Of a stretch of DNA of 64,000 nucleotides, positions 52,384 to 64,000 are shown one piece after another. Source of the stretch: Marsupella aquatica (taxonomy: Eukaryota > Plantae > Marchantiophyta). Numbering within the stretch: the first letter of the stretch is position 1; every line of letters starts with the position of its first letter. Below the pieces are notes generated by a model. The model saw only the letters and a list, made by a program, of their open reading frames with translations. It was not told where the DNA came from and ran no database searches. Made by a program: the position numbers and the translations under genes. The DNA lies in assembly GCA_973895155.1 (NCBI GenBank), contig OZ316897.1, positions 19,042,068 to 19,106,067 on the forward strand, written 5' to 3'.

Positions 52384-54852
52384 GTATAGCTTAGTAGTAT
52401 AGGATAATAATTTGAATTCTCGCATTATATGCAGTCTATAGTGTGCATGCTATAGTGCACGGCCTACAGTATCAGACATTTCACTAATTCTGGAAAATTC
52501 TCCCAAGAATGGAATATTGAAAAGTGCTTTTTGGAAATTTAGAGAAGGGGTTTTGGAATTTCTAAAATGAGGTTTTGGAATATTTAGTTTAGAGATTTGG
52601 AATTTTCAGATTAGAGTTTTGGAATGAACACAAAGGGCACCATTGAAATTGAAATTCCAGTTTGGCAATTGAGGTCACCCATTTGAATAACGAATAGCAA
52701 ACCTGCAATGAGGAGGAGTCCCATTACAACTTTAATGGGGGCTGGTTGGGGCAGGGTATCTGCTTGGAAAGAATATTGAATAGCGAACATGCCATGAGGA
52801 GGAGGCCCGTTAAACTTTAATGGGGACTGGTTGGGGCAAGGTTATTATGGGCTTGGAAAGGAACCCTCCTTAGACCAATTCTGTGAATCACTCGATCTCT
52901 ATAATCACCCCATAGATGATTCACAATGTTAACAAAATCTCAAGAGGAAGGCCTCTGGGTCAGAAGCTTGGTCCAAAGGGGGGGACTTCTAGAGCCCAAG
53001 GATTAGACAGTCGTCGGACAAGGAATTTGCGCTAAGCTGAGCTCTATTGGGTAACTGGAAATCAAGTCTACTTGCTCGGTGTACTCTACGCGATAATCGT
53101 GTCCTCCAAAGTTTTAGGAAAGAGGTGACACAAAAAAATGAGATACATCAGAGTTGAAGATACCATGCAAGTGATTGACAACGTGCACACAATTTTGAAA
53201 AGGAAAAATTTTCATTATTCACAAAAATAGTTGATGTTGGAAGAGGCATCCCTCATTGAACCAATGCCATCGATGCCAAAACGGAATTCAAAATCTGTTG
53301 GGAAGATGACTCCAACCAAACTACCCAAGGAAGCTGGCATTGAGATGTCCAGGGTAAGACAATCACGGAGGAACAGAAGGACCTCAACGCTCTACGCGAG
53401 ACTAGCGCAGAAAGAGATTTGGGTTTAGGGTTGATCTACGATCTCACAGTTGCAAGAGGCATTCCTCCAACCACCGTCCAGGTTCCTAAACACCTTTCAG
53501 ATAAGGAAATCTCCTTTACCAGCTTAAAGCAGAAACAAAAGTGAGCGAACACAATCTAAATTTTCCGGAGTCGAATATCTACGCGAGACTCACGTAATCC
53601 TCAAAATGCTTCAAAAACTTAAGACTCTCCCAAATGGCTTCAAATCTTAATCATTCCACGAAGATGGCATCCACTCATCCGAGTCCGGAGTGGATTTGCG
53701 GCAGTCAAGGAATGCTTCCTTTGCCCAAGCTCGATGGTCCATCGGAGCCCGCCGCTGCTTCTTTCCCTTCCCATAGTAGACATTGACATTTTTCTTCATG
53801 CTTCTTTTGTTGATAGTCTCCCTGGGCATCTTTCCGGCTTTCCTCGCACCCGATGCCTCCTACCCCTCGATAGGTGGCACGGAATTTCCTCCACGGCAAT
53901 CTTTGAATCGTCCATTTTTATTCTCCAGGTGTCTTACAATCAGGAAAGCCACAGGTATCTCCATCGAGTTCTGACAAGAAAAACCTTTTACATTGAGTAC
54001 ACTCTCTTAAAAAAGATCCTTCTTTGTTAGAATTGCAATTACGGTCAAACCCATCCGCAGGCATGTAAATCTTGGAAGACCTCCTTGGGGCGTTCCCCTC
54101 CTTTGAGCTATGAGGCGGGGAAACCTCTATTGAGTTGTTGGTCACGCCGAGGTCCTTGGACGTCACTAGTGGATTCATCGAGAGAACTCAAGAGATCCTC
54201 TCGAAATCAGATTAAGAAATATGAAAACTAACACAAATCAAATGATGACAGAAACTAACATCAATAGTAGATTGAAAATGAATCAGAAACCGCAGAATGG
54301 GAAAGGAGAGTGAGGAGTTCCCTATTTGGACAAGACCAAGAAACGGCCAAAGCGTGCAAATCACGGGTCTACGGCCATGTCGCTTTCAGTAGACCCTAAC
54401 CTAGAGACCAGAGCGAGGCCGCTCTACGTGACCCTCGTGCAGATCCAAATGGTCTACCTAAACCTTCCTTGGTAAGGCAAAACAAAGGGGCCCTACGCGA
54501 GCCTCGTGCTGAAACAAACACTCCGTTCAGAAGTTCTTGGAAATGTATGCATTCACGCTTTCAAGAACATGAATTGGAACTTTCACTTTGTACCCTTTGC
54601 CTTTGAATTCCAGCCATTGATTGTAGACGTTGCGAGGAGCCAGTCGTGTTGGATTGTAGGACTTTGGTAATTTGGATCAACTTCCCATGACTTTTTAGAA
54701 TTGAAACAATCCCAATATCGTTCAAAGTCTGGGACAGATGATTTTCGATGGACAGGTCTCCACCATTCCACCTCAAACTCCCCAGCATGAGCATCATCCG
54801 GAACCCGCACAACACGATCCATGGCTCTTCCTAGCCATAATCAAAGGGGAAC

Positions 54853-55055
54853 CCTTGGGCCCTCACTCCATGTAAAAGAAGTGGACCCCCCTGCGATCAG
54901 GCCCTTTTCATGTTTACCCCTTGTTATTTCCATTTTACCATTAAAAGTTCCCTTATTACTGGTAATAATTATAATTATTAGTTCAAAATGAAGAAAAACT
55001 CCCCTTCAAGCGTTCGCACGTCCTCCATGTATTAGTTAAGACTAAGGGCCCAGGG
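54853..55055. mobile_element. 203-bp MITE with an 8-bp TSD
   Basis: TIRs ccttgggccctca and taagggcccaggg. AGGGGAAC at 54845-54852 and 55056-55063. Confidence 0.88.
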
Positions 55056-55397
55056 AGGGGAACTGTTTGTTTGAATTCATCTGTTGGACGAAGAATAATA
55101 AACGTATCCTTTTTAATATCCTCAAGTGGGGAGAATCTTGACCTTTCTCGCTCCGAGCGGTGGCCAACAAATATTGTCTGTCTCTCGTATTGATCTTCCT
55201 GACATTGTTGACAGAGCCAATGTTATTCTCAGAAATCCCAACCTCAGCTCGATATTTGATTCTATGGTTAGTTCTTGGCCAAAACCCATCGAGTAGCAGA
55301 TAGTCCCTCTCCAGATTAGGCGCAGAGCACAGGGAACCTTTGAAGACCCTGATGACATTTTCCCAATACTCAATTTCCGGGGATCGAAAATGATATC

Positions 55398-56474
55398 CCC
55401 TGGGCCCTTAGCTTAACTAATATGGGACCCCCCGTGCGTACAACTCAAGGGGTTTATAAATCCCTTTTTTGAATAATAGTTATAATCGCTTATAATGTAA
55501 CAACCCTTTGTTTTATTGGGTTCCATGTTATAATGAACCAAGGTGATCTAAGAAATAGGGTTCGGACAATAGTTTTATGGAAGGGTAAAGCATATGGGGC
55601 CGCCACACGTCAATAACTCATTCATCCACGTGTCATTACATCCTTGGTTTGGGGTGTGCAAACACATTTGAATTTTTGGGGGATAGGGGCAATTTTGCCT
55701 TTAGGGGATCTCGTTTACCATTTATGGATGACCAAAATGGTCTGCCGTTGATCTCTTTGTTGATCTATATCAAACGGTGTAGGGATATATATGGCCTAGT
55801 AGGGCCCCCAAAGGAGGAGGTCAAGTTGACAACGTTGTTCAATGCGTGTTGCGTTAGATGGGGATTCTATGATGCCCAAGTGATAGAGAGAGTCTCAATC
55901 CAGAGTCACTTATGTACCTCGGTGGATATTTATCACTTCTAGTGATCAAAGAATTGGTTTAAATGTAATAAGTTTTCCAATGCTTTAGACTCAAAGGATA
56001 ACTTTCTTGTAAACAATGATGAATATGCTCAACAGACTATGGAACCAACTTAAGTGCAATGTGGACTTACAATTTTCATAGATGACAGCGTAGGATGTTT
56101 ACAACTTAAAATTGGATACTTGTATGCGTTTGTTTGACTCTTAAATGCCTTGACTCCTACCTTCTTGCAAGGAAGTGTGTACATGAAGAATATGTTGTTC
56201 TTGTTTTTGCTTTTGATAATGTGAAATGTTTATTCCAATCTATTTGACTTAGAATCTCTTGGACAGAATTTTTTTTATAACACCTGAAGAGCATATTTAA
56301 TGTCATTTTGATGAAGATTATAATAGCCCAAAGGGCTTTCTTAATGACCCAAAAGTAATTTATTAATACTAATAAGAGCTTTTTAAAAGGGCAAAAAATA
56401 GTACTGAAGGGGTTTGGAGGGGAGGGGCGTTCACAGGCGGGTTCCATTAATATACACGGAGTAAGGGCCCAGGG
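55398..56474. mobile_element. 1077-bp non-autonomous DNA transposon with an 8-bp TSD
   Basis: Perfect 13-bp TIR CCCTGGGCCCTTA. ATGATATC at 55390-55397 and 56475-56482. Confidence 0.9.
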
Positions 56475-58539
56475 ATGATATCCCTCTGATGTGACATCTT
56501 TCCAGGCGGCTTTTAGTCATGAAACGTAATGAACAAGGTATTCGAGAATGTCACTCGCTTGCTTATGAGTCGACTCCATTTGTTTTGAAAGAGGATTTCT
56601 GGAGTGAAACACAGAGTCCTTTCCAGTAGTTTTCCAAATGGTGTGACCTTTTGCAATTAGCCGCGGCAAATCAATTTTCTCCCGATATTGATAAACAGGT
56701 GTATTTTCTTTCATTGAAAACAAGAACTGCATAGGGGCCGACTGACCTTGGATCTTCTTCACATAAGAAGAAACATAAGCTTTGTATCCAGCAACCTCCT
56801 GGATGAATCTTGGGACTGGATGCTTCTTCTCACACTCCCAAACTTCAGCCATCAAACTAAAGAAAGTTGTTAACTCACGATGATAAATTCAAATTCCTAC
56901 TTGTGAAAAGAATGCGTCAACGTCCTCATGAGTATGACCAACCATCAGGAAGGAGAGTGTAACAGACTCAAACACTCCTCGAAGAACAAGCTCACTGCAA
57001 TATGCAATCACGGTCTGATTCTTATTGTCCTTCCCTGAATTGTCAAGTTGGAGGTGCAAATGGCGTGGAAGTGATTGAAAAGAATTGGAGGACGAGGCCA
57101 GGGTTCCACGCGAGGCTCACGCGGAGCTTCGTTTTCAAAACCTTTAAAATGGTCAAAATCCACATTCTTCCTTTCTAAATAGCCAATCTCAAAAGCCCGA
57201 TGATCTAAAAGCGCAACAAAAATAGGATCAGACACGTCTGTGCTCCTCAGTGATAAATCTCCAGTCTTATCCCCAGAGAATGACTCAAGATCCCTGAACA
57301 ACTTCAAAAGAGATGAGACTGTGAAATCAGGATCACTCGCCCACAATCCACCAAGTGCAAAATGGGCATAGATTTTGGGATCCCGTCCATGCGTGAGCAT
57401 TCCAGTCAACGTCATCGATAACGGAATTGATTTACCCGCTTGACTTTTAAGAGTTGAAGTCATTTTTGGTATCCATGTTTTGGCTTGATCCATTTTGTCA
57501 TGAATCACCGAGAGATACTTCTCTGGCTCTTGATCTGCTGTCAGTTTGGCTGCATAATACATGCTTCTTCGGGACTGTTGTTCCAGCATGTGACATTCTC
57601 TTTTGGCCTTGATTTCAAGAACAACATCTTGTCTCTTCTCGCCTCGAAGAGTCTCTTTGATTGTAGTACAGAGATCGCATTTTGCAAAATTGCTTCGATC
57701 AGGAAACTGAAAATTGGGAAACTTTTTCTCCAATATCTTGTAGAAAGTAGCAATGACAGGAGAAGAAGCTCCAAGATTCTTGTTAAGCTCGCAAGCCTCT
57801 TCATAAACATCTTTCCTCTTGTAGCTTATGGGAACCCTATACACAACCCTTTATGGAGATGAGGCATAGGCTCTGCACATTTCTGGAATACACTTCGTAT
57901 AGACTCCACAAACAGCGTGACGTAGTCTTTGGTTTTCATTGATCCTTGGTTGCCATGAACGCCAACTTTTGCCCCATTCCGATACTGACTATAGATTGAA
58001 TAGAAGGTTCCTCTGGAGAAACCATGGATGGTCCAAAACCCTTCTTTACAGACATGTGTCCCACAAAAAATAATCATCCTGGCCTCTATAGTTTCCGTAT
58101 CCCTCCCGTGTAGATGGTTCAAAACGTACGTTTGTTGATCGGCGTGAGAGAGACCATAAAATTCATCTCTAAACTGATTGACCACTTCCCACTTTTGTCT
58201 CCTACAACAATTCTTTGTGCAACACTCAACCTGGAAGACAGCATCAATAGATTCCCGAGTCTTCTTTCTGTTACGCCTTCTATGAATCTTCTTCCTTTCC
58301 TTCTCCTCAGGAGCCTGCGGGTTGCGACGTTGATTATTATAGCCTTGCTTTGGTTTAACATATGATACAATTGCTCGCTTGGGATTCAGGAATTCATTTT
58401 GATCCAATAGATCGCTTAACAATTGCATTCCAAGCTCGATCCGAGTTCTCCGCAAAGGCCATTTGATTGTGCAAGGCGTTCCCTCAACAAAATAAGGGAA
58501 CGTCATCTTTGAGATGTTGTTGTCGGTGGCTAGTGTGAG

Positions 58540-61500
58540 TGTGATGCCTAGACAGGAATCACTCGGCCAGTTAAGTGGGTAAAGTAGGAAGGCACCCTAG
58601 GAACACCTTAGTATAGGGACAAAACAAGGAAAATATAAATAATTAGGGGCAACCATGGAACCCGGGCCGAGGCCGGAGGTAAGGACGCTGAGGGTGAAAA
58701 CTCGATTAGGGTTAGGGCGCGTTAAGCGTCGGCGGCTAGGAAGGATCAACGGGAAGAAGGACCGGCAGAGGAGAGGGGTAAGGAGCGCTTGCAGGAGATG
58801 GTGGCTCATTTGCGAGCACGAACTAGGCAGACGACTACGGGAGGCCAACTACTGTCAGCTGCTTAGGCAAGCACTCGGGGAGAGAGTAGATACCGATGAT
58901 CAACCTAAGGAGGGTATGAGCAACGTCAATCAAGCGGCACATTTCTGGGGATGCCTGTTCGAACGGGCAACTGAGTACATCAAGACTTACGAGGACGAGG
59001 AATCAGAAAGGGTAGCTCGAGAACGGCAGGAGCTCGCTCGATTGTGGGAGCTACAGAAGACGGCTTTCTTAGGAGGCGAACTCATCAAGGACGAGTTCCT
59101 GTGGACGCCTACTTCCAATCAACTCGACGATCTTCTGTTTTGCAAAGACAGCGTCGTCGGCATCCGAGAGGCCATCAAGAACTGCAACGACATACACTGG
59201 GAATTAAAGGGTAGCACGGAAAGGTGGACCCAGGCAACGGTGCTAGGAGAAACCTCCACGGCAGCAGAGATGAAGAGGAAGGGAGCCGTCAACGATGAAG
59301 CCACCCCGGCAAAAAGAACGAGGTCGGCGGCACCAAAGAAGCCAGCCGAGCAGCAGAGCAGGAGGCAGGGAGAAGCCGAAGAGGAGGAGGTCGATCCCAT
59401 CAAGGCCATTCCAACCAGGGATGACACCTGGAAGGGCTGGGCGGCAACCCTACCGGTGGAAGTGCAACTATATTTTGCACGGGAGGAGGATGCATGCTTT
59501 ACGGCCATGCAGACCAAGAAGTATCAAGGCTTCATGGCCGGATCCGGCTTAGAGGCCTTTGTAAGATTACCATGGCTGAAGCCGGAGGTACCGGAGTCAG
59601 ACCTATTAGAATTCGTGGGGTCATGGGAACCAGAGACCAATTGCACGAGGATATATGGGAAGGATTTCTATCTTACTCCCAAGGTAATTGCCGAAGTGTT
59701 TTGCTTGCCGATAGGCAATAAGACCAAAGTTAATACCAGGAAGACCTTGCCTGACAAGGAGTTCCGGTCGTTCCCAGGGCCATCAACGAAGAATGGCTTC
59801 TTCCGGAACACCTGCACCAACCCGCACATAGGAGAGATGATCGACTTCTTGCGGGTGACCATGCATTGTAACTTGCCGAGGGCAGAGATCGGCAAGGCAC
59901 AGGTCTATCTGGCAGAGAGGCCAGACCCAAGTCGGGACTACAACGGGTACCTCCTCAACCAATTGAAGAAGATCTTAAAGGAGGAGCAACAGGTAATCGG
60001 CATGGGGAGCGTGTCACGGCTTGGCTATCACATGCCGCTGTTGTGCCGGTATGCCAGAGGTCAGACTTTTGCCCCAGTACTTCCCCTGCAGGTAAGGGCA
60101 CCCGAGGAAGCTCCAACGCCGAGGCCATTGGCTGAGAAGCCTCAACCACCTGTTAGCCCTACGATCGAGCAGGTGTGTAGGCCCAGAAGGAGGACTTGCC
60201 GATGCAGCAACCAAGCATGCAGAGGAGAAAGAAAAGAAATCGGCATCGGCAACAACAACGGCAACGGCAACAATGCAGGACACTACTACAGAGGTAGGCC
60301 TACACCGGCTCACAAGAGAAAACCCCTTTGCTGGAGACAAGGAGAGAATCAGGCCGGAATCCAAGCCAGGTGTTCGAATGTATGTGGGAATCTCAAGCTC
60401 CGAATCTGAGGCAGAATTGCCTGAAGCTCCTATCGACGAAGAGGAGAGGGAGAAGCCGGACGTCCAAGAAGAAGAGGAGGCAGTGGAGGACTGCAGCCAT
60501 GATAATTCCGGCTATGGGTCGGACCATCACGTTCCAGGAGTAAGGACCTGTGGCCGGTTTGTCCCCACACTTCCAAGGGTAGTGCGAGGGGACCCCAACC
60601 AGCAGAGTAGCCCTGAGTCTCCCCCACCAGATGTTGCTCCCCCGAGCTTTGATGGCATAAAACAGACGGTGCAGGAATTTCAGGAGCGAATCAGGCAGGA
60701 AGAGGAGGCAGCCCTGGCTAGGGAAAAGGATTTACCAGGAGGAGATTGGCCGGAGGACATCAGGCGGCTAGCCGAAAAAGGAAGCAAACCTCTAGCCACG
60801 ATTGAAGAGATCCGCAGGACGGCTTGGGAGCAGAGGCCGCGATGGGCGATGCCAATCACTTCTACTTACTCCACCTACGCTAAGAATAGAGCCATGGAGT
60901 ATGGTGAGATGTGTGGGGAACTTGCGCTCGGCATCTTTGGAGAGGAGTTGGAGGTAGGACCCTTTTTCCATAGGGAGCAGTTGGAGAAGCACCAATTAGA
61001 AGAAGCGGTGGCTTTAGAGAGAAGCAAGAAGGACGAGGTCATTCGGCGGCTTAGGAGGATGGAAGCCGAGATTGAAGATCTAAGGGCGGCCAAGAAAGCC
61101 CAAGATGAACTGCGGATTAAACGGCATGAGCTGAACATCATGCAGGGGCAGTTGGACACCGCGCAGGCTGATAATCAGAATATCAAGGATAAACTGACTC
61201 AGACACAGGGAGAGTTGGCCGACACGATCAAAGAGAGGGAGAAGTGGAAGCAAGAGCTGAAGAATACAGAGGAGGCCCACATAACAGCCAACAGCCGGGC
61301 CATGGCGGAGACCCAAAGAAAGGAATGGGCATTGAAGGGGGAGCTCGAGAAAATCCGCGGAGCCCTTGAGCAGAAGGAGGCCGAGTTAGGGAAATCCTAT
61401 CAAGGGATTATGGCGCTGCAGCAGGAGCTTGCGTCCCTGACGGCCAGCTTCAAGGCCGACCTAAGGGAGAAGGACGAGATGCTCGAACAGACTTACGCCA

Positions 61501-63181
61501 AGATGAACCACATGGAGTCTGTCATCATTGCAGAGCTCGACAAGGAGCTAAGAGCAACCCGGGAGGAGAGGACTACCTTGAAACAAGAACGGGAGGAAGC
61601 TCAGAAGGAACTAGAGGAGGCACGCAAGGACCTGGATGAGACCCAGGAGGAGTTGGAGGAAATCACGAGGAAGATGGAGAACCTCCAGCGGCGGGCCGAC
61701 AACCAAACGGAGCGGCTGAAGAAACAAGCCGTAGTATTTAAGTGCTTGTCTTCATCAGGCCCAACTCCAATTGGGGCAACCAAGTTACCAGGAGTGGTAC
61801 TGGCCGAAGAACAAGCCGCGCCACCTGCACCAGTGCCGGAAGTAAGTGGGAAGGGGAAGGGACCAGCTGCCGAACCAAAAAAGAAGAAAAAGCGGAAACC
61901 TTCAGGGTCAAGGAGTAATCCGACTCCACAAGCCGTGGTGACCAAGGAGGTAGAACCAGCACCATCCTCCGGCATGAATACGGCAATAGATCCCGCTATC
62001 ATCACAGGTGGGGGTGGTGCGGTCCAAGCCGAACTACTCAGTAATGAGGCCGGTATTCCAGATCCGCCTCTTGAGCAGGCCGGGGAGACCGTAGCCGAGG
62101 CTGAGGCCGTAACCGATTCCCGAGCCGATGCCGACGCCGATGGTGGACCCAGTCAGGCCGATGGAGAGTTGACTCAGTCAAGGGCAGGTAATCTGTCAGA
62201 GAATGAACCTACGGCAGTGGCTGAGGAGGAAGCGTTGGGGGCGTCCATTAAGGATCCACCACCGGTGTCGTGACGGTGCAAGGGCGCCATTCCTTTTAGG
62301 GAGGGCGGACGTGGAGGGAGGAGGCGTGAGTGGGCAGGGCGGGCGCTGATCTCCAAGTTTAGGATTAGGATCAGGACCAGGAGCGGCCCTAACACTTAGC
62401 TTAGTGGGATTGCGGTCCCACTGGTAGGAGCAACACTTGTGCTCCTGCCTTGCTATACATAGGTTCGGGCAAGTAGATTACTGTTAAGTAGATTAGGCTT
62501 ACGATGCAAAGAATGGCGGATCCACTACCAGGATAAGTACCTGGGCAGCGGGGAGCTCAGGGCCTCTTCTTTAGCAAGTTTTTAGTTTGCACCAGCCGGG
62601 CTGGGATCAAGTAGTACGAGAAGCTCTCGGTTAGTCATACAGTGACCCTTGTGTATATTCATGTTTCCTCATGCCTAAGAGCTGAATAGAGTTGGCCTCA
62701 CGGCTTAGTTCACAGAGCTTGTGTATGAGATGTACTGTTTGTATGGCAAGTGCAGGGTATGACTCAGTCAGAATGAGTCATTTTGCTATTTGTGTGTCGC
62801 ATTAACTTGTGTGAAGAGTGCCCACATCAACCAGAAGGAAGGAAAGTAAGCAGGGGAGTGAGAGTTGGATGTGTCGAGCTGAGAGAGGTCTTAGCGGCTT
62901 AACCAAGCCTATTGGGGATCATTCCGGTGGCGGAATCCAAACATACCTAACAAGACGGAGGGGAAGACAGGGGAAGGCCTAGATTAGGCCGGCTACGTAT
63001 CTCATGACCCGATGAAGGATCTGCCCAGTATATGTGTGTAAAATGTTAATAGTAGTAGTAGAAGGTTAGCAGCGTCCCATGCCGCTAAGCCGCGGAAACG
63101 GCCTCGCCAAGCGCGAAACCTGTGGGAATCGGCTTGAGCTGGGGGGTTTCTTGGGTTTTGGGAGCCATGGGACGCACCACA
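58540..63181 (+). mobile_element. 4642-bp gene-carrying solo-LTR-like insertion
   Basis: Ends TGTGATGC...GCACCACA. TSD GTGAG at 58535-58539 and 63182-63186. Removing it restores the host transposase frame. Confidence 0.85.
58655..62273 (+). CDS. Element-encoded ~1200-aa protein (PMD/plant-transposon-protein-like domain, acidic linker, long coiled coil, basic NLS-like patch), split by one +1 frame change near 60170-60180
   Basis: ORFs 58655-60409 and 60273-62273 overlap, and the second frame is already open near 60180 (GPEGGLADAATKH...). Motif LLEFVGSW...IYGKDFYLTPKVIAEVFCLPIG, heptad-rich region and KKKKKRKP. Confidence 0.65.
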
Positions 63182-63490
63182 GTGAGAATATTGATCCCGA
63201 CATGATCATCTCCAACTCTCTCATTGTTAATCGATGCTTGAGGGTGCGGATTTGTGATACACCCTCGAGCCAGTAGTGTCTCATCATCATCTTCGTAAAG
63301 CAAAGCAAACTTCTTGAACCACCTACTTCAATTGCTCAGGTCCTCGCTCAAGAGAACATTGTCCTGACTATGGACAGTGTCTCCCGTGGCATCTTGCTCC
63401 CCAAAACCTGCTTCCCATTCTAGAGGAATCTCCTCTTGGTTGTCACCTGGATAAACCGGGCGCTGGCTTTGCGCAAACCTGACGCTGGAC

Positions 63491-64000
63491 TGTGGTGCGT
63501 CCCATGGCTCCCTAAACCCAAGAAACCCCCCAGCTCAAGCCGATTCCCGCAGGTTTCACGTTTGGCGAGGCCGTTTCCGCGGCTTAGCGGCATGGGATGC
63601 TGCTAACCTTCTACTACTACTATTAACATTTTACACACATATACTAGACAGATCCTTCATCGGGTCATGAGATACGTAGCTGGCCTAATCTAGGCCTTCC
63701 CTTGTCTTCCCCTCCGTCTTGTTAGGTATGTTTGGATTCCGCCGCCGGAATGATCCCCAATAGGCTTGGTTAAGCCGCTAAGACCTCTCTCAGCTCGACA
63801 CATCCAACTCTCACTCCCCTGCTTACTTTCCTTCCTTCTGGTTGATGTGGGCACTCTTCACACAAGTTAATGCGACACACAAATAGCAAAATGACTCCTT
63901 CTGACTGAGACTGAGTCATACCATGCACTTCTCTTACTACTTGATCCCAGCCCGGCTGGTGCAAACTAAAAACTTGCTAAAGAAGAGGCCCTGAGCTCCC
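63491..64000 (-). mobile_element. Second, inverted copy of the 58540-63181 element (runs off the window)
   Basis: Reverse complement of 62551-63181 with scattered substitutions and a ~127-bp deletion. Shares the terminus TGTGGTGC. Confidence 0.88.

Larger units (their letters stand above)
54540..63488 (-). pseudogene. Decayed DUF7869/Sola-like DDD transposase gene interrupted by nested insertions
   Basis: Motifs CCTKNC, C..C (FAKCDLC), IHDKMDQAK, LHLQLDNSGKDNKN and FLMVGHTHEDVDAFFS (~57070-56900), then EYWENV...DGFWPRTN and LWLGRA...EVEWWRP. Has frameshifts and stops. Pieces lie at 63488-63187, 58539-56475, 55397-55056 and 54852-54540. Confidence 0.8.

Noticed and set aside
51107-54811. Apparent terminal inverted repeat TGTGCGG...CCGCACA defining a second solo LTR
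   Set aside because: No TSD, and 54805-54811 lies within the transposase coding remnant (MDRVVRVPDD), so the match is chance.
63000-63125. Hammerhead-ribozyme-like words (ccgatgaag, gcgaaac)
   Set aside because: No CUGANGA core with properly paired stems II and III could be built.
63184-63488. Loop read as a captured host-gene fragment in a Pack-MULE/foldback element
   Set aside because: It joins in frame to the transposase at 58534 across the TSD, so it is the target sequence rather than cargo.

Overview
Eukaryotic, intron-containing plant DNA. A ciliary CFAP157-like gene points to a lineage with flagellated sperm, probably a bryophyte such as a liverwort (inference). Host genes are a 12-exon CFAP157-like gene (1368-5953 +), a 15-exon 3-hydroxyisobutyryl-CoA hydrolase-like gene (19131-23494 +), Sec61-beta (25811-25491 -) and two intronless, almost identical plasma-membrane H+-ATPase genes placed tail-to-tail in a ~17 kb palindrome. 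Their leaders are tandem repeats that carry uORFs. The rest is transposon-rich. It includes a young intact Ty1/copia element (9649-15616) whose gag and pol are separated by one in-frame TGA, nested solo LTRs, MITEs with 8-bp TSDs, and a decayed Sola/DUF7869-type transposase gene broken by four insertions. The most unusual object is a 4642-bp insertion (58540-63181) with TG...CA ends and a 5-bp TSD but no direct repeats and no gag/RT/integrase. It looks like a giant solo LTR carrying its own ~1200-aa PMD-like plus coiled-coil gene. A second, inverted copy starts 309 bp away. All coordinates were read by hand and family names come from motif recognition, not database searches.
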